A stretch of 64,000 bases of DNA from an uncultured Pelagibacteraceae bacterium (GTDB lineage: Bacteria; Pseudomonadota; Alphaproteobacteria; Pelagibacterales; Pelagibacteraceae): contig CACOQN010000007.1 of the NCBI GenBank assembly GCA_902629285.1, positions 8,180-72,179 of the forward strand. The letters run 5' to 3'. Below the pieces are notes generated by a model. It had not been told where the DNA came from. It made no database searches and was given only the letters and a program-made list of their open reading frames with translations. Shown piece by piece: positions 19,040-30,430 of the stretch. The position numbers and the translations under genes are program-made. Positions within the stretch are counted from its first letter, which is position 1. Every line of letters starts with the position of its first letter.

Positions 19040-20030
19040 TTTTAAATTTATCTTTTAATGTACAAACAGCTAAAGCAAATCGTAACGATCTGTTCCATTT
19101 TAATATAATCTCGTAGTTATCAAATACAATATATGCTGGGTTTAATGTTTCAGCATCAGGAATTATATCTTTATCTGGGGTTATAATTGCTACATTAAAC
19201 TTATCATATTTAACATTAATCCGATCATTATTTTTTATATATTTTCTAAAATATCTTAATTTTTTTTTATCGTGTAACTTTTTTGCAGAAATATTTAAAT
19301 ATTTTTTTGGAATATCTTTTGATAAATTGATTCTATAAAAACAAGGATTATCGCTTTTCCAACCAATTTGATTTAAATAATTTGATGCTGATGCGTAAGC
19401 GTCATTATTATTTTTTAGATCTATATATCCATTTTTATCATGATCAATTGCATAATTCTGCATTGTAGATGGCATAAATTGAAAATAACCAAAAGCACCA
19501 GCCCAAGATCCGTATAATGTTTTATGGTCTATTTGTTTGTCTTCAATCAGCTTTAAAAGAATTAATAATTCTTTAGTAAAAAATTCTGATCTTCTTTTAT
19601 CAAAGCTTAATGTTGCTAATGATGATAATATATCCATTTTTCCAACATACGTACCAAAATTAGTCTCAATACCCATTAGTGCTAATAATAACTCTTTTTC
19701 TATATCGAATTTGTTTTCAACAGAATCAATTAATTTTGAATTTTCGTTATAAAAAATTTTCCCTATTGAAACTTTTTTTGATGATGTTCTTTTTGAAATG
19801 TAAGTGTTAGTATCTTCATAAAATTCAGGTTGAAATCTATCATATTTAATTACATCTGATAAAAATTTGGTATCTGACATAACTATATCAAAAGTTTTTT
19901 CTGATATATTATTTTTTAAAGCTAATTTTTTGAAATCTATTTTCCAATTTTGAAAATCTTTATTAATATCAGCAAACGAACAATTGATAGATATTAAAAA
20001 AAAAAATAGAAAAACATTAATTTGTTTCAT
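19029..20030 (-). CDS. mltB: Lytic murein transglycosylase, MltB family
   Basis: GIETNFG, GSWAGAFGYFQFMPST, YASASNYL. Confidence 0.92.
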   Translation of the reverse strand: MKQINVFLFFFLISINCSFADINKDFQNWKIDFKKLALKNNISEKTFDIVMSDTKFLSDVIKYDRFQPEFYEDTNTYISKRTSSKKVSIGKIFYNENSKLIDSVENKFDIEKELLLALMGIETNFGTYVGKMDILSSLATLSFDKRRSEFFTKELLILLKLIEDKQIDHKTLYGSWAGAFGYFQFMPSTMQNYAIDHDKNGYIDLKNNNDAYASASNYLNQIGWKSDNPCFYRINLSKDIPKKYLNISAKKLHDKKKLRYFRKYIKNNDRINVKYDKFNVAIITPDKDIIPDAETLNPAYIVFDNYEIILKWNRSLRFALAVCTLKDKFKNEL

Positions 20031-20895
20031 GCAAATCCTTTAAATATATAACTACAGCAATCCAAATTAAAATAAAACTAACTAATTTAGTGATTGAAAA
20101 AGGCTCATTGTAATAAAAAAACCCTAATATAAACTGAAAAGTTGGTGTTATATAAAAAATCATTCCTGTTGGTCCTAAACCGCATAACTCAACACCTCTA
20201 ACATATAAAAATAAAGGAATGACTGTCATTGGTCCAGCAAGGAAAATAAATAGCATCATTGGAGGATCTGATAGTTGAAAATCATTATAACCTTTATTTG
20301 CTATTAAATAAAAAGCTACCAACGCAAATGGCAATATAAATAAACTCTCAATTAAAAGACCTACATCTGTATCAACATTAATTTTCTTTCTAATAAGATT
20401 GTAAAATCCCCAACTAAAAGCAACAATTAAACCTACCCACGGTAATGATTTTACACTTACTATTATCAAAAATACAATTGATAAAACTACTAGGATGATT
20501 GAAAAAATTCTTTTTTTATTAAGTTTTTCTTTAAAAAAAAAATACCCTAACATAACACTCAAAATAGGCATTATGAAGTAACCGAAGCTTGCATCTATAA
20601 TTCTATTAGTTGCGATAGCATATATCCACACACCCCAATTAATAAAAATTAAAAAACCAGAAATAAATAGATAGAATAAATTAGATTTACTTTTTATAAT
20701 TTCAAAGAAAATACTCCATTTAGAAAAAAAGAATGTTGTTAATAATAATGTGAATGCTGTCCATAGACATCTATGCACAACCAATTCGATATGACCAATA
20801 TAAGCAATGTATTTAAAATAAATTACACCAAAAAAACCCCACCAAAAAGAACCAAATCCAGCAAGTAATAAGCCTTTATTAAATTGTTTATTCAT
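20017..20895 (-). CDS. rarD: EamA-family transporter RarD
   Basis: DASFGYFIMP, YNLIRKK, FYITPTFQF. Confidence 0.9.
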   Translation of the reverse strand: MNKQFNKGLLLAGFGSFWWGFFGVIYFKYIAYIGHIELVVHRCLWTAFTLLLTTFFFSKWSIFFEIIKSKSNLFYLFISGFLIFINWGVWIYAIATNRIIDASFGYFIMPILSVMLGYFFFKEKLNKKRIFSIILVVLSIVFLIIVSVKSLPWVGLIVAFSWGFYNLIRKKINVDTDVGLLIESLFILPFALVAFYLIANKGYNDFQLSDPPMMLFIFLAGPMTVIPLFLYVRGVELCGLGPTGMIFYITPTFQFILGFFYYNEPFSITKLVSFILIWIAVVIYLKDLHETN

Positions 20896-20981
20896 AGGAT
20901 ATTTTGGTAGTCGTAATTAATAAGTTTATTAGACTATTTTATGGTTGAATTAAATAATTATAATTATAAAACCCTGTTCAC

Positions 20982-21071
20982 GGAGAGATGGCTGAGCGGT
21001 TGAAAGCACCGGTCTTGAAAACCGGCAAAGGGGCAACTCTTTCCTGGGTTCGAATCCCAGTCTCTCCGCCA
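20982..21071 (+). tRNA. tRNA-Ser (anticodon TGA)
   Basis: GGAGAGATGGCTGAG...CTTGAAA, long variable arm, ends CGCCA. Confidence 0.97.
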
Positions 21072-21335
21072 CTATAACTTAACATATTTAAAATTTTTGA
21101 ATAAATCTGTCACATTATTTTTTTCAATATAAACATCTGTCTTTAGACCATTTAGAAAATTATATAAATTTGAATCATCGATATCTAATAATTTTTCTAA
21201 TTTTATCAAATCATCTTTATTCAACTCATCAATATAAGTTTTGGTAAAAGCACCTAAAAGTTTATCCATCTCTTTAGTACCTCTATAATTAGAACGATAA
21301 ATAATTTTTTTTCTTAATTCATCTATATTGATCAT
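21072..21335 (-). CDS. sdhE: Succinate dehydrogenase flavinylation factor
   Basis: RGTKEMD (RGxxE) motif. Confidence 0.92.
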   Translation of the reverse strand: MINIDELRKKIIYRSNYRGTKEMDKLLGAFTKTYIDELNKDDLIKLEKLLDIDDSNLYNFLNGLKTDVYIEKNNVTDLFKNFKYVKL

Positions 21336-21360
21336 TATTTATAGAATATATAAATAGTTA

Positions 21361-23412
21361 ATGAATATTAAAAGAAATTATCAATATTTATTGTCTGATT
21401 TAAGTACACTAAAAGGTGTGGGTACAAAAACACAAAATCTATTAAAAAAGAAAAATATAAATAATTTATTTGATTTATTATGGAAACTACCAAAATCATA
21501 TACCGACAGAAGCTTATCTTCAAAAATTAAAGATTTGAAAATAGGAGAAATTCAAACTGTTGCTATAGTTCCTCAAAAATATAATTTTCCAAGAATCAGA
21601 AATTTACCTAATAGAGTCGTATGTAAGGATGAAACTGGCGAGATTGATTGTGTTTTTTTTAATAGCTATGAGGGATACATTAAGAAAATCCTACCTTTAG
21701 GAAAAGAAATTACTGTAAGTGGTAAAATTAATTATTTTAGAAAAAAATATCAATTAACAAATCCAAAATATGTATCTGAAAATTCATCTATTATACAACA
21801 AGTTCATAACAAATATTCATTAACTGAGGGGATCAGTGAAAAATTATACAATAAAATTATAAATCAAATAATAAATAATTTACCAACTCTTGATGAATGG
21901 CATTCTAAAAATATTTTGAGTAATTTTGGAAATATAAACTGGAATAATTCAGTTAAAGAACTTCATAAACCAGAAAATATAGGGAAATATAGAGATAATT
22001 TTTATCAAAGACTTGCTTACGATGAAATTTTTGCAACATTCTTAGTTAATTCAGAAATCAGGAAAAAAATCAAAAAAGTTAAAAAAAAAAATAAAATAAT
22101 TAATTTTGATAGTCAAAAATCTATAATAAATAAATTAGAATTTTCATTAACAAAAGACCAAACAAAAACGTTAATTGAAATTAATAAAGACCTAGCCTCA
22201 AACCAAAAAATGTTTAGACTCTTGCAAGGTGATGTTGGTAGTGGAAAAACAATTGTCTCACTAATTTCTGCATTAAATACAATTAATTCTGGTTTTCAAG
22301 TTGCCGTAATGGCTCCTACTGAAATTCTAGCAAGACAACATTATAATCTTGCAAAAAAAATATATCCAAAAAATATAAAAATCGAAATAATTTCAAGTAA
22401 ATCAGATTATAAAAATAAAAAAGAAATTTTAAATAAATTAAAAAATAACACAATTAACATAATTTTTGGTACTCATGCTGTATTTCAAAAAAAAGTAATC
22501 TTTGGAAAACTTGGATTAATTATTATAGACGAGCAACATAAATTTGGTGTAAATCAAAGAAAAAAATTATCTGATAAAGGTGGTGAAGATTGTGATGTTT
22601 TGTTAATGACAGCAACTCCAATTCCAAGAACATTAACTATGACAATATATGGTGATATGGATATTTCTGTTATAAGAGAAAAACCAAGAAGAAGAAAACC
22701 TATTAAGACTTACAGTAAACTGGAGAATAAAATTGATGAGGTCTTAAAATTTATTTCAAAAGAAATTAAAATTGGAAATCAAGTATTCTGGGTTTGTCCA
22801 TTGATTGATGAGTCAAAAAAATTAGATCACAGCTCTGCAATAAAAAAATTTGAATATCTTAATAAAATATTTCCTGATAAAGTTTCACTACTCCATGGTA
22901 AAACAGATATTCTTGAAAAAGAACAAATACTTAACGATTTTTTAAATAGAAAATTCCAAATACTTGTTTCAACGACAATTATTGAAGTAGGAATAGATTT
23001 CCCAAATGCAAATGTAATAATAATTGAAAATGCTAATAAGTTTGGGCTCTCTCAACTCCATCAATTGCGTGGTAGAGTTGGAAGAGGCGATAAAGATTCC
23101 ACTTGTATCTTAATGTTAAAATCTAACTTAAGTGAAAATGCAAAAAAAAGGATTAATATTTTAAAAGAGACCAATGATGGTTTTCTCATTTCAGAGGAGG
23201 ATATGAAAATTAGAGGATTTGGAGATGTTTTAGGTTTCAAACAAAGTGGCATTAAAAATTTTAAACTTGCTGATCCCATTCATAATAGTGATTTATTTTT
23301 ACTTGCTGAAAAAGAAATGAGAAGAATAGAAAAATCAAATGAGGATATTGGAAAATTTAAACCCTTGATAAAATTATATGATAGAGCCGATATAATAAAT
23401 GATATTGCTTAA
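21361..23412 (+). CDS. recG: ATP-dependent DNA helicase RecG
   Basis: QGDVGSGKT, DEQH, MTATPIPR, QLRGRVGR. Confidence 0.97.
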   Translation: MNIKRNYQYLLSDLSTLKGVGTKTQNLLKKKNINNLFDLLWKLPKSYTDRSLSSKIKDLKIGEIQTVAIVPQKYNFPRIRNLPNRVVCKDETGEIDCVFFNSYEGYIKKILPLGKEITVSGKINYFRKKYQLTNPKYVSENSSIIQQVHNKYSLTEGISEKLYNKIINQIINNLPTLDEWHSKNILSNFGNINWNNSVKELHKPENIGKYRDNFYQRLAYDEIFATFLVNSEIRKKIKKVKKKNKIINFDSQKSIINKLEFSLTKDQTKTLIEINKDLASNQKMFRLLQGDVGSGKTIVSLISALNTINSGFQVAVMAPTEILARQHYNLAKKIYPKNIKIEIISSKSDYKNKKEILNKLKNNTINIIFGTHAVFQKKVIFGKLGLIIIDEQHKFGVNQRKKLSDKGGEDCDVLLMTATPIPRTLTMTIYGDMDISVIREKPRRRKPIKTYSKLENKIDEVLKFISKEIKIGNQVFWVCPLIDESKKLDHSSAIKKFEYLNKIFPDKVSLLHGKTDILEKEQILNDFLNRKFQILVSTTIIEVGIDFPNANVIIIENANKFGLSQLHQLRGRVGRGDKDSTCILMLKSNLSENAKKRINILKETNDGFLISEEDMKIRGFGDVLGFKQSGIKNFKLADPIHNSDLFLLAEKEMRRIEKSNEDIGKFKPLIKLYDRADIINDIA

Positions 23413-24026
23413 GATGATTTAGTTGATGTTCCGGCCGAAACTATAAATTTTGAGGCTTCTTCAAAAGACATATTTAAATATATAACATCTTCAATAGGAA
23501 ACATTAATAGGAAACCACTTGTTGGATTAGGTGTTGTGGGAACAAAAACATTAATTAAATTTTTCCCTGTTTTTTGAGCCATTTCACCTTTGTTTTCTTT
23601 TGTTGCGAAACCAACAGCCCAAACACCTTTTCTTGGATACTCAATCAAAACAACACTTTTCTTTCCATCATCTTTTTTGGAAAAAGTTTCAGTCATTTGA
23701 ACTATAGCAGAGTAAACTGTTCTCAAAAAAGGAATTCTTTTAAATAGGTCATCAATCAATTTAAGAATTCTTCGACCAAAAAATGAAAGTGAAATTCCTC
23801 CAACTATTGTTATTAATAAAATTGAAATTACAATTTCCACTCCGGGAATATTAAATGGTAAATAACTGTTTGGATTAATATTTTTAGGAATTAAATTTGA
23901 TGAAATTCCAATTAAAATTTTTGTGAGGTATAAGGTAAACCCAATTGGTATTAAAACAACAACTCCAGCAATAAAATAGTTCCTTAGAGTTAATGAAAAT
24001 GATTTTTTATTTGATTTTTTTGCCAT
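23409..24026 (-). CDS. DUF502 membrane protein
   Basis: VFVPTTPNPTSGFL. Confidence 0.92.
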   Translation of the reverse strand: MAKKSNKKSFSLTLRNYFIAGVVVLIPIGFTLYLTKILIGISSNLIPKNINPNSYLPFNIPGVEIVISILLITIVGGISLSFFGRRILKLIDDLFKRIPFLRTVYSAIVQMTETFSKKDDGKKSVVLIEYPRKGVWAVGFATKENKGEMAQKTGKNLINVFVPTTPNPTSGFLLMFPIEDVIYLNMSFEEASKFIVSAGTSTKSS

Positions 24027-24030
24027 CTGA

Positions 24031-24108
24031 TTAATTATAACTCGCGTAGATTACAAATAAAACTGCAACGATAAATAATATTAATAATATTTTATTATTA
24101 AGATTCAT
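24031..24108 (-). CDS. 25-aa single-pass membrane microprotein (absent from ORF track)
   Basis: Manual translation MNLNNKILLILFIVAVLFVIYASYN*; stop 4 nt before DUF502 ATG. Confidence 0.6.
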   Translation of the reverse strand: MNLNNKILLILFIVAVLFVIYASYN

Positions 24109-24126
24109 GTTAAATTATATTTAACA
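24108..24126. promoter_or_regulatory. Perfect palindrome in divergent promoter region, candidate operator
   Basis: TGTTAAAT-TAT-ATTTAACA. Confidence 0.4.
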
Positions 24127-24139
24127 ATTTTATTATAAA

Positions 24140-24967
24140 ATGAATAGAAGAAAATTCTTATCGTATGTAGGTTGTGGATGCGGCAGCTTATTACTCCCAT
24201 CTTGTGGAACTGCTCCAATAACTGAGAGAAAACAATTAAAAATTGTTTCTGAGGCGAAATTAAATGCACAAGCTGCAAAGATCTATGAAAAAATTAAAGA
24301 AAAAGAAAAAATGAGTGATGACAAAGAAAAACTTAGAGAAATTAAAGATATTGGAAAAAGAATGGAAAATTCTATTTCGGAGTATTTTTATCAGGCTGGT
24401 TTAAAGGACCCAACAATAAACTTTGATTGGGAATATATTTTAATTGATCGAAAAAAAGTTAGAAATGCTTGGTGTATGCCAGGAGGCAAAATCGCTGTAT
24501 ACACAGGTATCTTAGAAGCAACAAAAAATACAGATGGACTAGCTGCAGTAATGGGACATGAAATAGCTCATGCTGTTGCAAAACATTCGGTAGAAAGAGC
24601 TAGCAGAGCAACTCTTGTTAATACTGGAACTCAATTGATAGATATTTTTAGTGGAGGTAAATTATCTGAGGTTAACAGAACTACAGGAATTAATACAGTA
24701 GGATTAATAACACAATTAGGTATTCTTAATCCCTTTAATAGAAAACAAGAGAGTGAAGCTGATTATCTAGGTATGATTTTTTCTTCTTTGTCAGGATACG
24801 ATATAAGAGAAACTGTAAAGATTTGGGAAAGAATGAAAAAACTTAATAAAGGTAAAGAACAACCTGAGTTTCTAAGCACGCATCCTTCATCTGATAACAG
24901 GATAAGAGATTTAAATGAAAAAATGAACGAAGTAATTTTGAAATATCCACCAATCAAAATAAGTTGA
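24140..24967 (+). CDS. M48 family zinc metallopeptidase, exported lipoprotein
   Basis: HEIAH, ESEAD, STHP; N-terminal RRKF and LPSC. Confidence 0.93.
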   Translation: MNRRKFLSYVGCGCGSLLLPSCGTAPITERKQLKIVSEAKLNAQAAKIYEKIKEKEKMSDDKEKLREIKDIGKRMENSISEYFYQAGLKDPTINFDWEYILIDRKKVRNAWCMPGGKIAVYTGILEATKNTDGLAAVMGHEIAHAVAKHSVERASRATLVNTGTQLIDIFSGGKLSEVNRTTGINTVGLITQLGILNPFNRKQESEADYLGMIFSSLSGYDIRETVKIWERMKKLNKGKEQPEFLSTHPSSDNRIRDLNEKMNEVILKYPPIKIS

Positions 24968-24976
24968 TAAGATAAA

Positions 24977-25052
<76 letters not shown>

Positions 25053-25136
25053 CCAAATTATTCAAATTGAATAATTGTTATATACAGAATTATTATATTT
25101 TTTCAAATGTCAATTTGAACTAAAAAACTATAACTG

Positions 25137-26249
25137 CTACAACTTATCAATGTATTTATTGTGAAATTGGTCAAAAGTGCCTTCAATAATATTTTTTCTA
25201 ATTGAAGCCATTAATTCTTGATAAAAATTAATATTATGAAGTGTCAGCAGCATGGATGCTAAAATTTCATTTGTATTAAATAAGTGATTCAAATAGTTTT
25301 TTGAATATTTATTCAAATTTAAATTGTCACAATTTGGGTCTAAAGGTGAATTATCGTTTTTATATTTGTTATTTTTAATATTAATTCTACCTTCCCAAGT
25401 AAATGCCAATCCTGTTCTGCCTGATCTAGTTGGCAAGACACAATCAAACATATCAACACCTCTTTTTACAGCACCTAATATATCAGAAGGCGTTCCAACA
25501 CCCATAAGATAATGGGGTTTTTCATCAGGAAGAAATTCCTTTATATCATCTAAAACTGAAAACATTTCATTTTGTGTTTCTCCAACAGCCAATCCACCTA
25601 TCGCATATCCATCGAAACCTATATTAATTAATTGTTCTAAAGATTTGAGCCTAAGGTCTTTAAATAATCCTCCTTGAACGATTCCAAACAGTGCTTTATG
25701 CGGGTTATTACCAAACGCTTTTTTAGACCTCTCAGCCCAGTAAAGAGAAAGATTCATAGATTTATTTATTAACTCATAATCATTTGTATTTTTAGGACAT
25801 TCGTCCATTATCATTACAATATCAGAATTTAACCCTAATTGAATTCTTATACTTTCTTCTGGACTTAGATAAAATTTTTTTCCATCAACATGCGAATTAA
25901 ATATAGCGCCTTTCTCTTTATCTATTTTATTTAATTTTGATAAAGACATAACTTGGAATCCACCTGAGTCTGTTAAAATTGGTAAATCACAATTCATAAA
26001 TTTGTGTAAACCACCAGCCGAACTGATTCTCTCTACACCAGGTCTTATCATTAAATGATAAGTATTTGATAAAATAATTTCTGAACCTGTTTTCTTAATA
26101 TCATCAATGGTACAAGCTTTAACAGTTGCTTGTGTTCCAACAGGCATAAAAGCAGGTGTATTAATTTTTCCCCGATGAGTTTCAATTAAACCACATCTAG
26201 CAAATTTGTCTTTTTTAGATACTTTAAAGGCAAATTTTTTTAATGCCAT
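25137..26249 (-). CDS. tgt: tRNA-guanine transglycosylase
   Basis: FMPVGT, TDSGGFQV, DECP, GGLAVGE, DMFDCVLPTR. Confidence 0.97.
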   Translation of the reverse strand: MALKKFAFKVSKKDKFARCGLIETHRGKINTPAFMPVGTQATVKACTIDDIKKTGSEIILSNTYHLMIRPGVERISSAGGLHKFMNCDLPILTDSGGFQVMSLSKLNKIDKEKGAIFNSHVDGKKFYLSPEESIRIQLGLNSDIVMIMDECPKNTNDYELINKSMNLSLYWAERSKKAFGNNPHKALFGIVQGGLFKDLRLKSLEQLINIGFDGYAIGGLAVGETQNEMFSVLDDIKEFLPDEKPHYLMGVGTPSDILGAVKRGVDMFDCVLPTRSGRTGLAFTWEGRINIKNNKYKNDNSPLDPNCDNLNLNKYSKNYLNHLFNTNEILASMLLTLHNINFYQELMASIRKNIIEGTFDQFHNKYIDKL

Positions 26250-26257
26250 TTGAAAAG

Positions 26258-26818
26258 TTATTTTGATTTAAAGCTTATAATTTTATCTGGATCTGTTACT
26301 GCTCCATTATTATTCTCGTCACCTCTTTTGATCATATCAATAAACTCCATACCTTCTAACACTTTACCAAAAACAGTATACTGTCTATCTAAAAAAGGTG
26401 CTGGCTTGAAACATATAAAAAATTGGCTATTCGCACTATTAGGGTCAGATGATCTTGCCATAGACAAAGTGCCTCTATCGTGTGGTAAGCTACTAAATTC
26501 TTGATCCAAATCTGGAAGATCAGAGCCACCCATACCAGCTCTTCTTAAATCAAATTCCTTTGACACTGAATTACCAAATTTTACATCTCCGGTTTGGGCC
26601 ATAAAACCATCAATAACTCTATGGAAAACAACATTGTCGTATTTACCACTATTGGCAAGTTCTTTTATTCTTTTTACGTGGTTTGGTGCCACATCTTCAA
26701 ACAATTCAATTTTAACATCACCATCTTTTAGTTTTAATATCATTATATTCTCCTTAGCTATTGATTGATTAGTAATTAAAATAAACAAAATAAATAGTTT
26801 AATATAAAATTTATTCAT
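26258..26818 (-). CDS. Cyclophilin-type peptidyl-prolyl isomerase
   Basis: FHRVIDGFMAQTGD, SMARS, NSQFFI. Confidence 0.95.
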   Translation of the reverse strand: MNKFYIKLFILFILITNQSIAKENIMILKLKDGDVKIELFEDVAPNHVKRIKELANSGKYDNVVFHRVIDGFMAQTGDVKFGNSVSKEFDLRRAGMGGSDLPDLDQEFSSLPHDRGTLSMARSSDPNSANSQFFICFKPAPFLDRQYTVFGKVLEGMEFIDMIKRGDENNNGAVTDPDKIISFKSK

Positions 26819-27308
26819 ATTTATCTTTCAAAGATTTGATTGTACTTTTGGTAGTAAATTTTTTTATATCACCTTTTAATTTAACAATATCTTTCACAAA
26901 TCTTGATGAAATAATTTGATTTTCTACATCAGACATTAAAAATATCGTTTCAATATTTTGGTTTAATTTTCTATTCATACCAGCCAGTTGAAATTCATAT
27001 TCAAAATCTGATACAGCTCTTAAACCTCTTAAAATAATATTTGATTTATATTTTTTGCATAAATCAGTAGTTAAAGATCCAAAAGTAACTACTTTTATTT
27101 TTTTTTGGTTTAACTTCAGATCTTTAAATAAGGCTTTATTGACTATTTCTATCCTTTCGTCTGAACTGAATAGATAATTTTTGTTACTTTCATCTGAAAC
27201 ACCAACTACTATTTTATCAAATAATTTTAATGATTTTTTAATGACATCTATATGCCCAAAAGTTATAGGATCAAATGTACCTGGATAAATAGCTGTTTTA
27301 TTCATCAA
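26811..27308 (-). CDS. coaD: Phosphopantetheine adenylyltransferase
   Basis: [24 protein letters not shown]. Confidence 0.97.
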   Translation of the reverse strand: MMNKTAIYPGTFDPITFGHIDVIKKSLKLFDKIVVGVSDESNKNYLFSSDERIEIVNKALFKDLKLNQKKIKVVTFGSLTTDLCKKYKSNIILRGLRAVSDFEYEFQLAGMNRKLNQNIETIFLMSDVENQIISSRFVKDIVKLKGDIKKFTTKSTIKSLKDKYE

Positions 27309-29884
27309 ATCAAATTATCATCAATTTTGATTGAGGAAACAACTTTTTCTTCACCTGACAACTTGATTATTCTAACACCTTGGGTGTTTCTACTAGCAGT
27401 TCTAATTTCTTTTACCGCTACTCTTATAACTCTTCCTTTATTAGTAGAAATTAAAATTTCATCTCCCTCATAGACTGGAAATGAGGAAGTGATATTTCCA
27501 TTTCTTGGTGAATTAACGATTCCTATAATTCCTTTTCCACCCCTATTTGTAACTCTATAATCTATATGAGATGTTTTTTTTCCATAACCATTTTCACTTA
27601 TTGATAAGACAAATTTTTCTTTTGCTTTTATTTCAGATTTTTCATTTTTTGATTTTTTTTCATTATTTTTTATTTTATAATTATCTATTACAGATAAAGA
27701 TACAATTTGATCATTTGGAGCAAGTTCTATCCCTTTAATTCCTTTAGATGATCTTCCTTTAAATATTCTTAATTTTTTGGCTTCAAATCTTATACATTTC
27801 CCAAAATTAGTGCTTAAAATTACATCTTGATCATCTTTACATATTTTTACGCCAACAATTTTATCATTATTATCTAATTTCATTGCTATTTTACCAGAAG
27901 CATTAATAGATGAAAAATCTTCTAAACTATTTTTTCTAACTTTTCCTTGAGCTGTTGCAAAAATTATTTGATAATTTTTTAAGTCAGTTTCTTCTTCAGG
28001 CATTGGCATAATTGAGCTTATTGCTTGGTGACTCTTTAAAGGTAAAATATTAAATAAAGACTTACCTTTTGATGATGATGAACCCTCTGGAATCTTCCAC
28101 GCTTTGACCTTGTAAACTAAACCCTCGGTAGAAAAGAAGAGAACTGAGGTATGAGTATTTACAGATAATGTTTGAACAACAGAATCTTGATCTCTAGTTG
28201 TTATGCCTGATTTTCCCTTACCGCCTCTTTTTTGCTTTTTAACTCCATCCAAAGAGCCTCTTTTTATATATCCTTGTAATGTAACTGTAATTATTACCGA
28301 TTGTTTTTGGATAGTTTCCTCAATATCGTAATTTAAAACAGCATCAATAATTTTAGTTCTTCTTGGTACAGCAAATTTCTCTTTAATATTTTTTAACTCT
28401 TCACTGATTACTTTTAAAAGTTCTTTTTTTGACGAAATAATTTTTTTATATTTAGCTATTAGTTCAGCTAATTTTTTAATTTCAACTTCGATTTCATTTA
28501 TTCCCATTGCAGTTAATTTTTGAAGTCTTAATTCTAAAATAGCTAAAGCTTGTAGTTCAGATAAAGAGTAAAGGTTTTTACCCTTTTTTCCCTCTACTAA
28601 AGAAATTAATTTTTGTGATTTATTTATTTTCCATTTAGTTTTTAGAATTGATATTTTTGCATCATCAGGGGTTTTAGATGATCGAATGATTTTTATTATT
28701 TTATCTAAATTTTCAACTGAAACTGATAATCCTATTAGTATATGAGCGCGTTCTTCTGCTTTTTGAAGATCATATTTAGTTTTCTTGATTACTACATCTT
28801 CTCTAAAAGTTAAAAAATTGGATAAAAAATCTTTTAGGGTGCAAGTTTGAGGTTTTCCTTGAACAATTGCTAAAGTATTAAAACCAAATGAACTCTCTAT
28901 TTGAGTATTTTTATATAATTGTCTCTTTATAGTTTCTGGTTCTACACCGTTTCTTAAATCAATAGCTACTCTTATACCTTCTCTGTTTGACTCGTCTCTA
29001 ATATCTCTTATTCCCTCTATCTTTTTTTCTCTTACTAACTGAGCAATCCTTTCGTTTAAAACAGATTTGTTAACTTGATACGGTATTGATGTTATTACAA
29101 GTCGCTCACGTCCATTTTTTTGTTGTTCAATTGAGATTTCACCTCTTATCTTAAAGGACCCTCTTCCATTGTTATATCCTTGTTTAATTATATCTTTACC
29201 TATAATTACACCACCAGTAGGAAAATCTGGACCAGGTATATGTTTCATTAACTCTCTTATTTTAATATCTTTATTATCTATTAAGGCCAAAGTTCCATTT
29301 ATAATTTCACCTAAATTATGTGGAGGTATACTTGTTGCCATACCAACAGCAATACCACCAGCTCCATTTACTAACAAATTTGGAAACTGGGCTGGTAAAA
29401 CACTTGGCTCTTTTTCTGTTTCATCATAATTACTTTTGAATGAAATTGTATTTTTCTCAATATCATCAATCAAGAATTGAGAAACTTTTGATAAGCGAGT
29501 TTCTGTATATCTCATTGCTGCTGCTGGATCACCATCTATAGATCCAAAATTTCCTTGTCCTTGCACTAATGGTAAGCTCATGGAAAAATCTTGAACCATT
29601 CTAACTAAAGCATCATAAACAGATTGATCACCGTGGGGATGATATTTACCAATAACATCTCCAACTATTCTTGCAGATTTTCTAAATTGTTTAGACCAAT
29701 CATATCCACCCTTGTACATTGCATATAAAATTCTTCTGTGAACTGGTTTTAATCCATCTCTTACATCAGGAAGCGCACGACTAACTATTACGCTCATTGC
29801 ATAAGAAAGATATGATGAGCTCATCTCATCATGCATTGAGATTAGCTTTATATTTTTATCTTTAAACTCTTCAGTATTTTTCAT
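27305..29884 (-). CDS. gyrA: DNA gyrase subunit A
   Basis: YHPHGD, AAMRYTE, GyrA box QKRGGKG. Confidence 0.97.
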   Translation of the reverse strand: MKNTEEFKDKNIKLISMHDEMSSSYLSYAMSVIVSRALPDVRDGLKPVHRRILYAMYKGGYDWSKQFRKSARIVGDVIGKYHPHGDQSVYDALVRMVQDFSMSLPLVQGQGNFGSIDGDPAAAMRYTETRLSKVSQFLIDDIEKNTISFKSNYDETEKEPSVLPAQFPNLLVNGAGGIAVGMATSIPPHNLGEIINGTLALIDNKDIKIRELMKHIPGPDFPTGGVIIGKDIIKQGYNNGRGSFKIRGEISIEQQKNGRERLVITSIPYQVNKSVLNERIAQLVREKKIEGIRDIRDESNREGIRVAIDLRNGVEPETIKRQLYKNTQIESSFGFNTLAIVQGKPQTCTLKDFLSNFLTFREDVVIKKTKYDLQKAEERAHILIGLSVSVENLDKIIKIIRSSKTPDDAKISILKTKWKINKSQKLISLVEGKKGKNLYSLSELQALAILELRLQKLTAMGINEIEVEIKKLAELIAKYKKIISSKKELLKVISEELKNIKEKFAVPRRTKIIDAVLNYDIEETIQKQSVIITVTLQGYIKRGSLDGVKKQKRGGKGKSGITTRDQDSVVQTLSVNTHTSVLFFSTEGLVYKVKAWKIPEGSSSSKGKSLFNILPLKSHQAISSIMPMPEEETDLKNYQIIFATAQGKVRKNSLEDFSSINASGKIAMKLDNNDKIVGVKICKDDQDVILSTNFGKCIRFEAKKLRIFKGRSSKGIKGIELAPNDQIVSLSVIDNYKIKNNEKKSKNEKSEIKAKEKFVLSISENGYGKKTSHIDYRVTNRGGKGIIGIVNSPRNGNITSSFPVYEGDEILISTNKGRVIRVAVKEIRTASRNTQGVRIIKLSGEEKVVSSIKIDDNLI

Positions 29885-29889
29885 AAAAA

Positions 29890-30339
29890 TTAAAATGGAA
29901 TTTCATCATCCATATCTGACACTTGTGAAGAATCCTCAATATTATTATGTTGAGTTGTGTCATTTTGAATTCCGCCACTAGAATTTCCTCCACCCAACAT
30001 TGTAAGTGAAGAATTGTATCCTTGTATAACTATTTCAGTCGAGTATTTATCCTGTCCTGATTGATCATCTTTCCATTTTCTTGTTGTTAGTTGTCCCTCA
30101 ACATAAACTTGAGCACCTTTTTTTAAATATTGTTGAACAACATTTACCAAACCTTCGTTAAATACAACTACACGGTGCCACTCAGTTTTTTCTTTTCTTT
30201 CACCTGTGTTTTTATCTTTCCAGGATTGGCTCGTTGCAAGGCTTAATCTAGCAACACTTTTTCCATTTACCATTTGCTTAATTTCTGGATCTGCGCCCAA
30301 ACGACCAATTAATAATACTTTATTTAAACTTCCAGCCAT
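29890..30339 (-). CDS. ssb: Single-stranded DNA-binding protein
   Basis: [22 protein letters not shown] tail. Confidence 0.97.
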   Translation of the reverse strand: MAGSLNKVLLIGRLGADPEIKQMVNGKSVARLSLATSQSWKDKNTGERKEKTEWHRVVVFNEGLVNVVQQYLKKGAQVYVEGQLTTRKWKDDQSGQDKYSTEIVIQGYNSSLTMLGGGNSSGGIQNDTTQHNNIEDSSQVSDMDDEIPF

Positions 30340-30430
30340 AATATTTAATATTTGTTAAATTAGTTAATTAGAATTATATCACAATTCCTCTGAATATTAA
30401 TTTTATTAACTCAAAGCAACTAAAATTATT

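Noticed and set aside
30340-30430. Expected alphaproteobacterial LexA box between ssb and uvrA
   Set aside because: No GAAC-N7-GAAC or GTTC-N7-GTTC present; absence alone supports no feature
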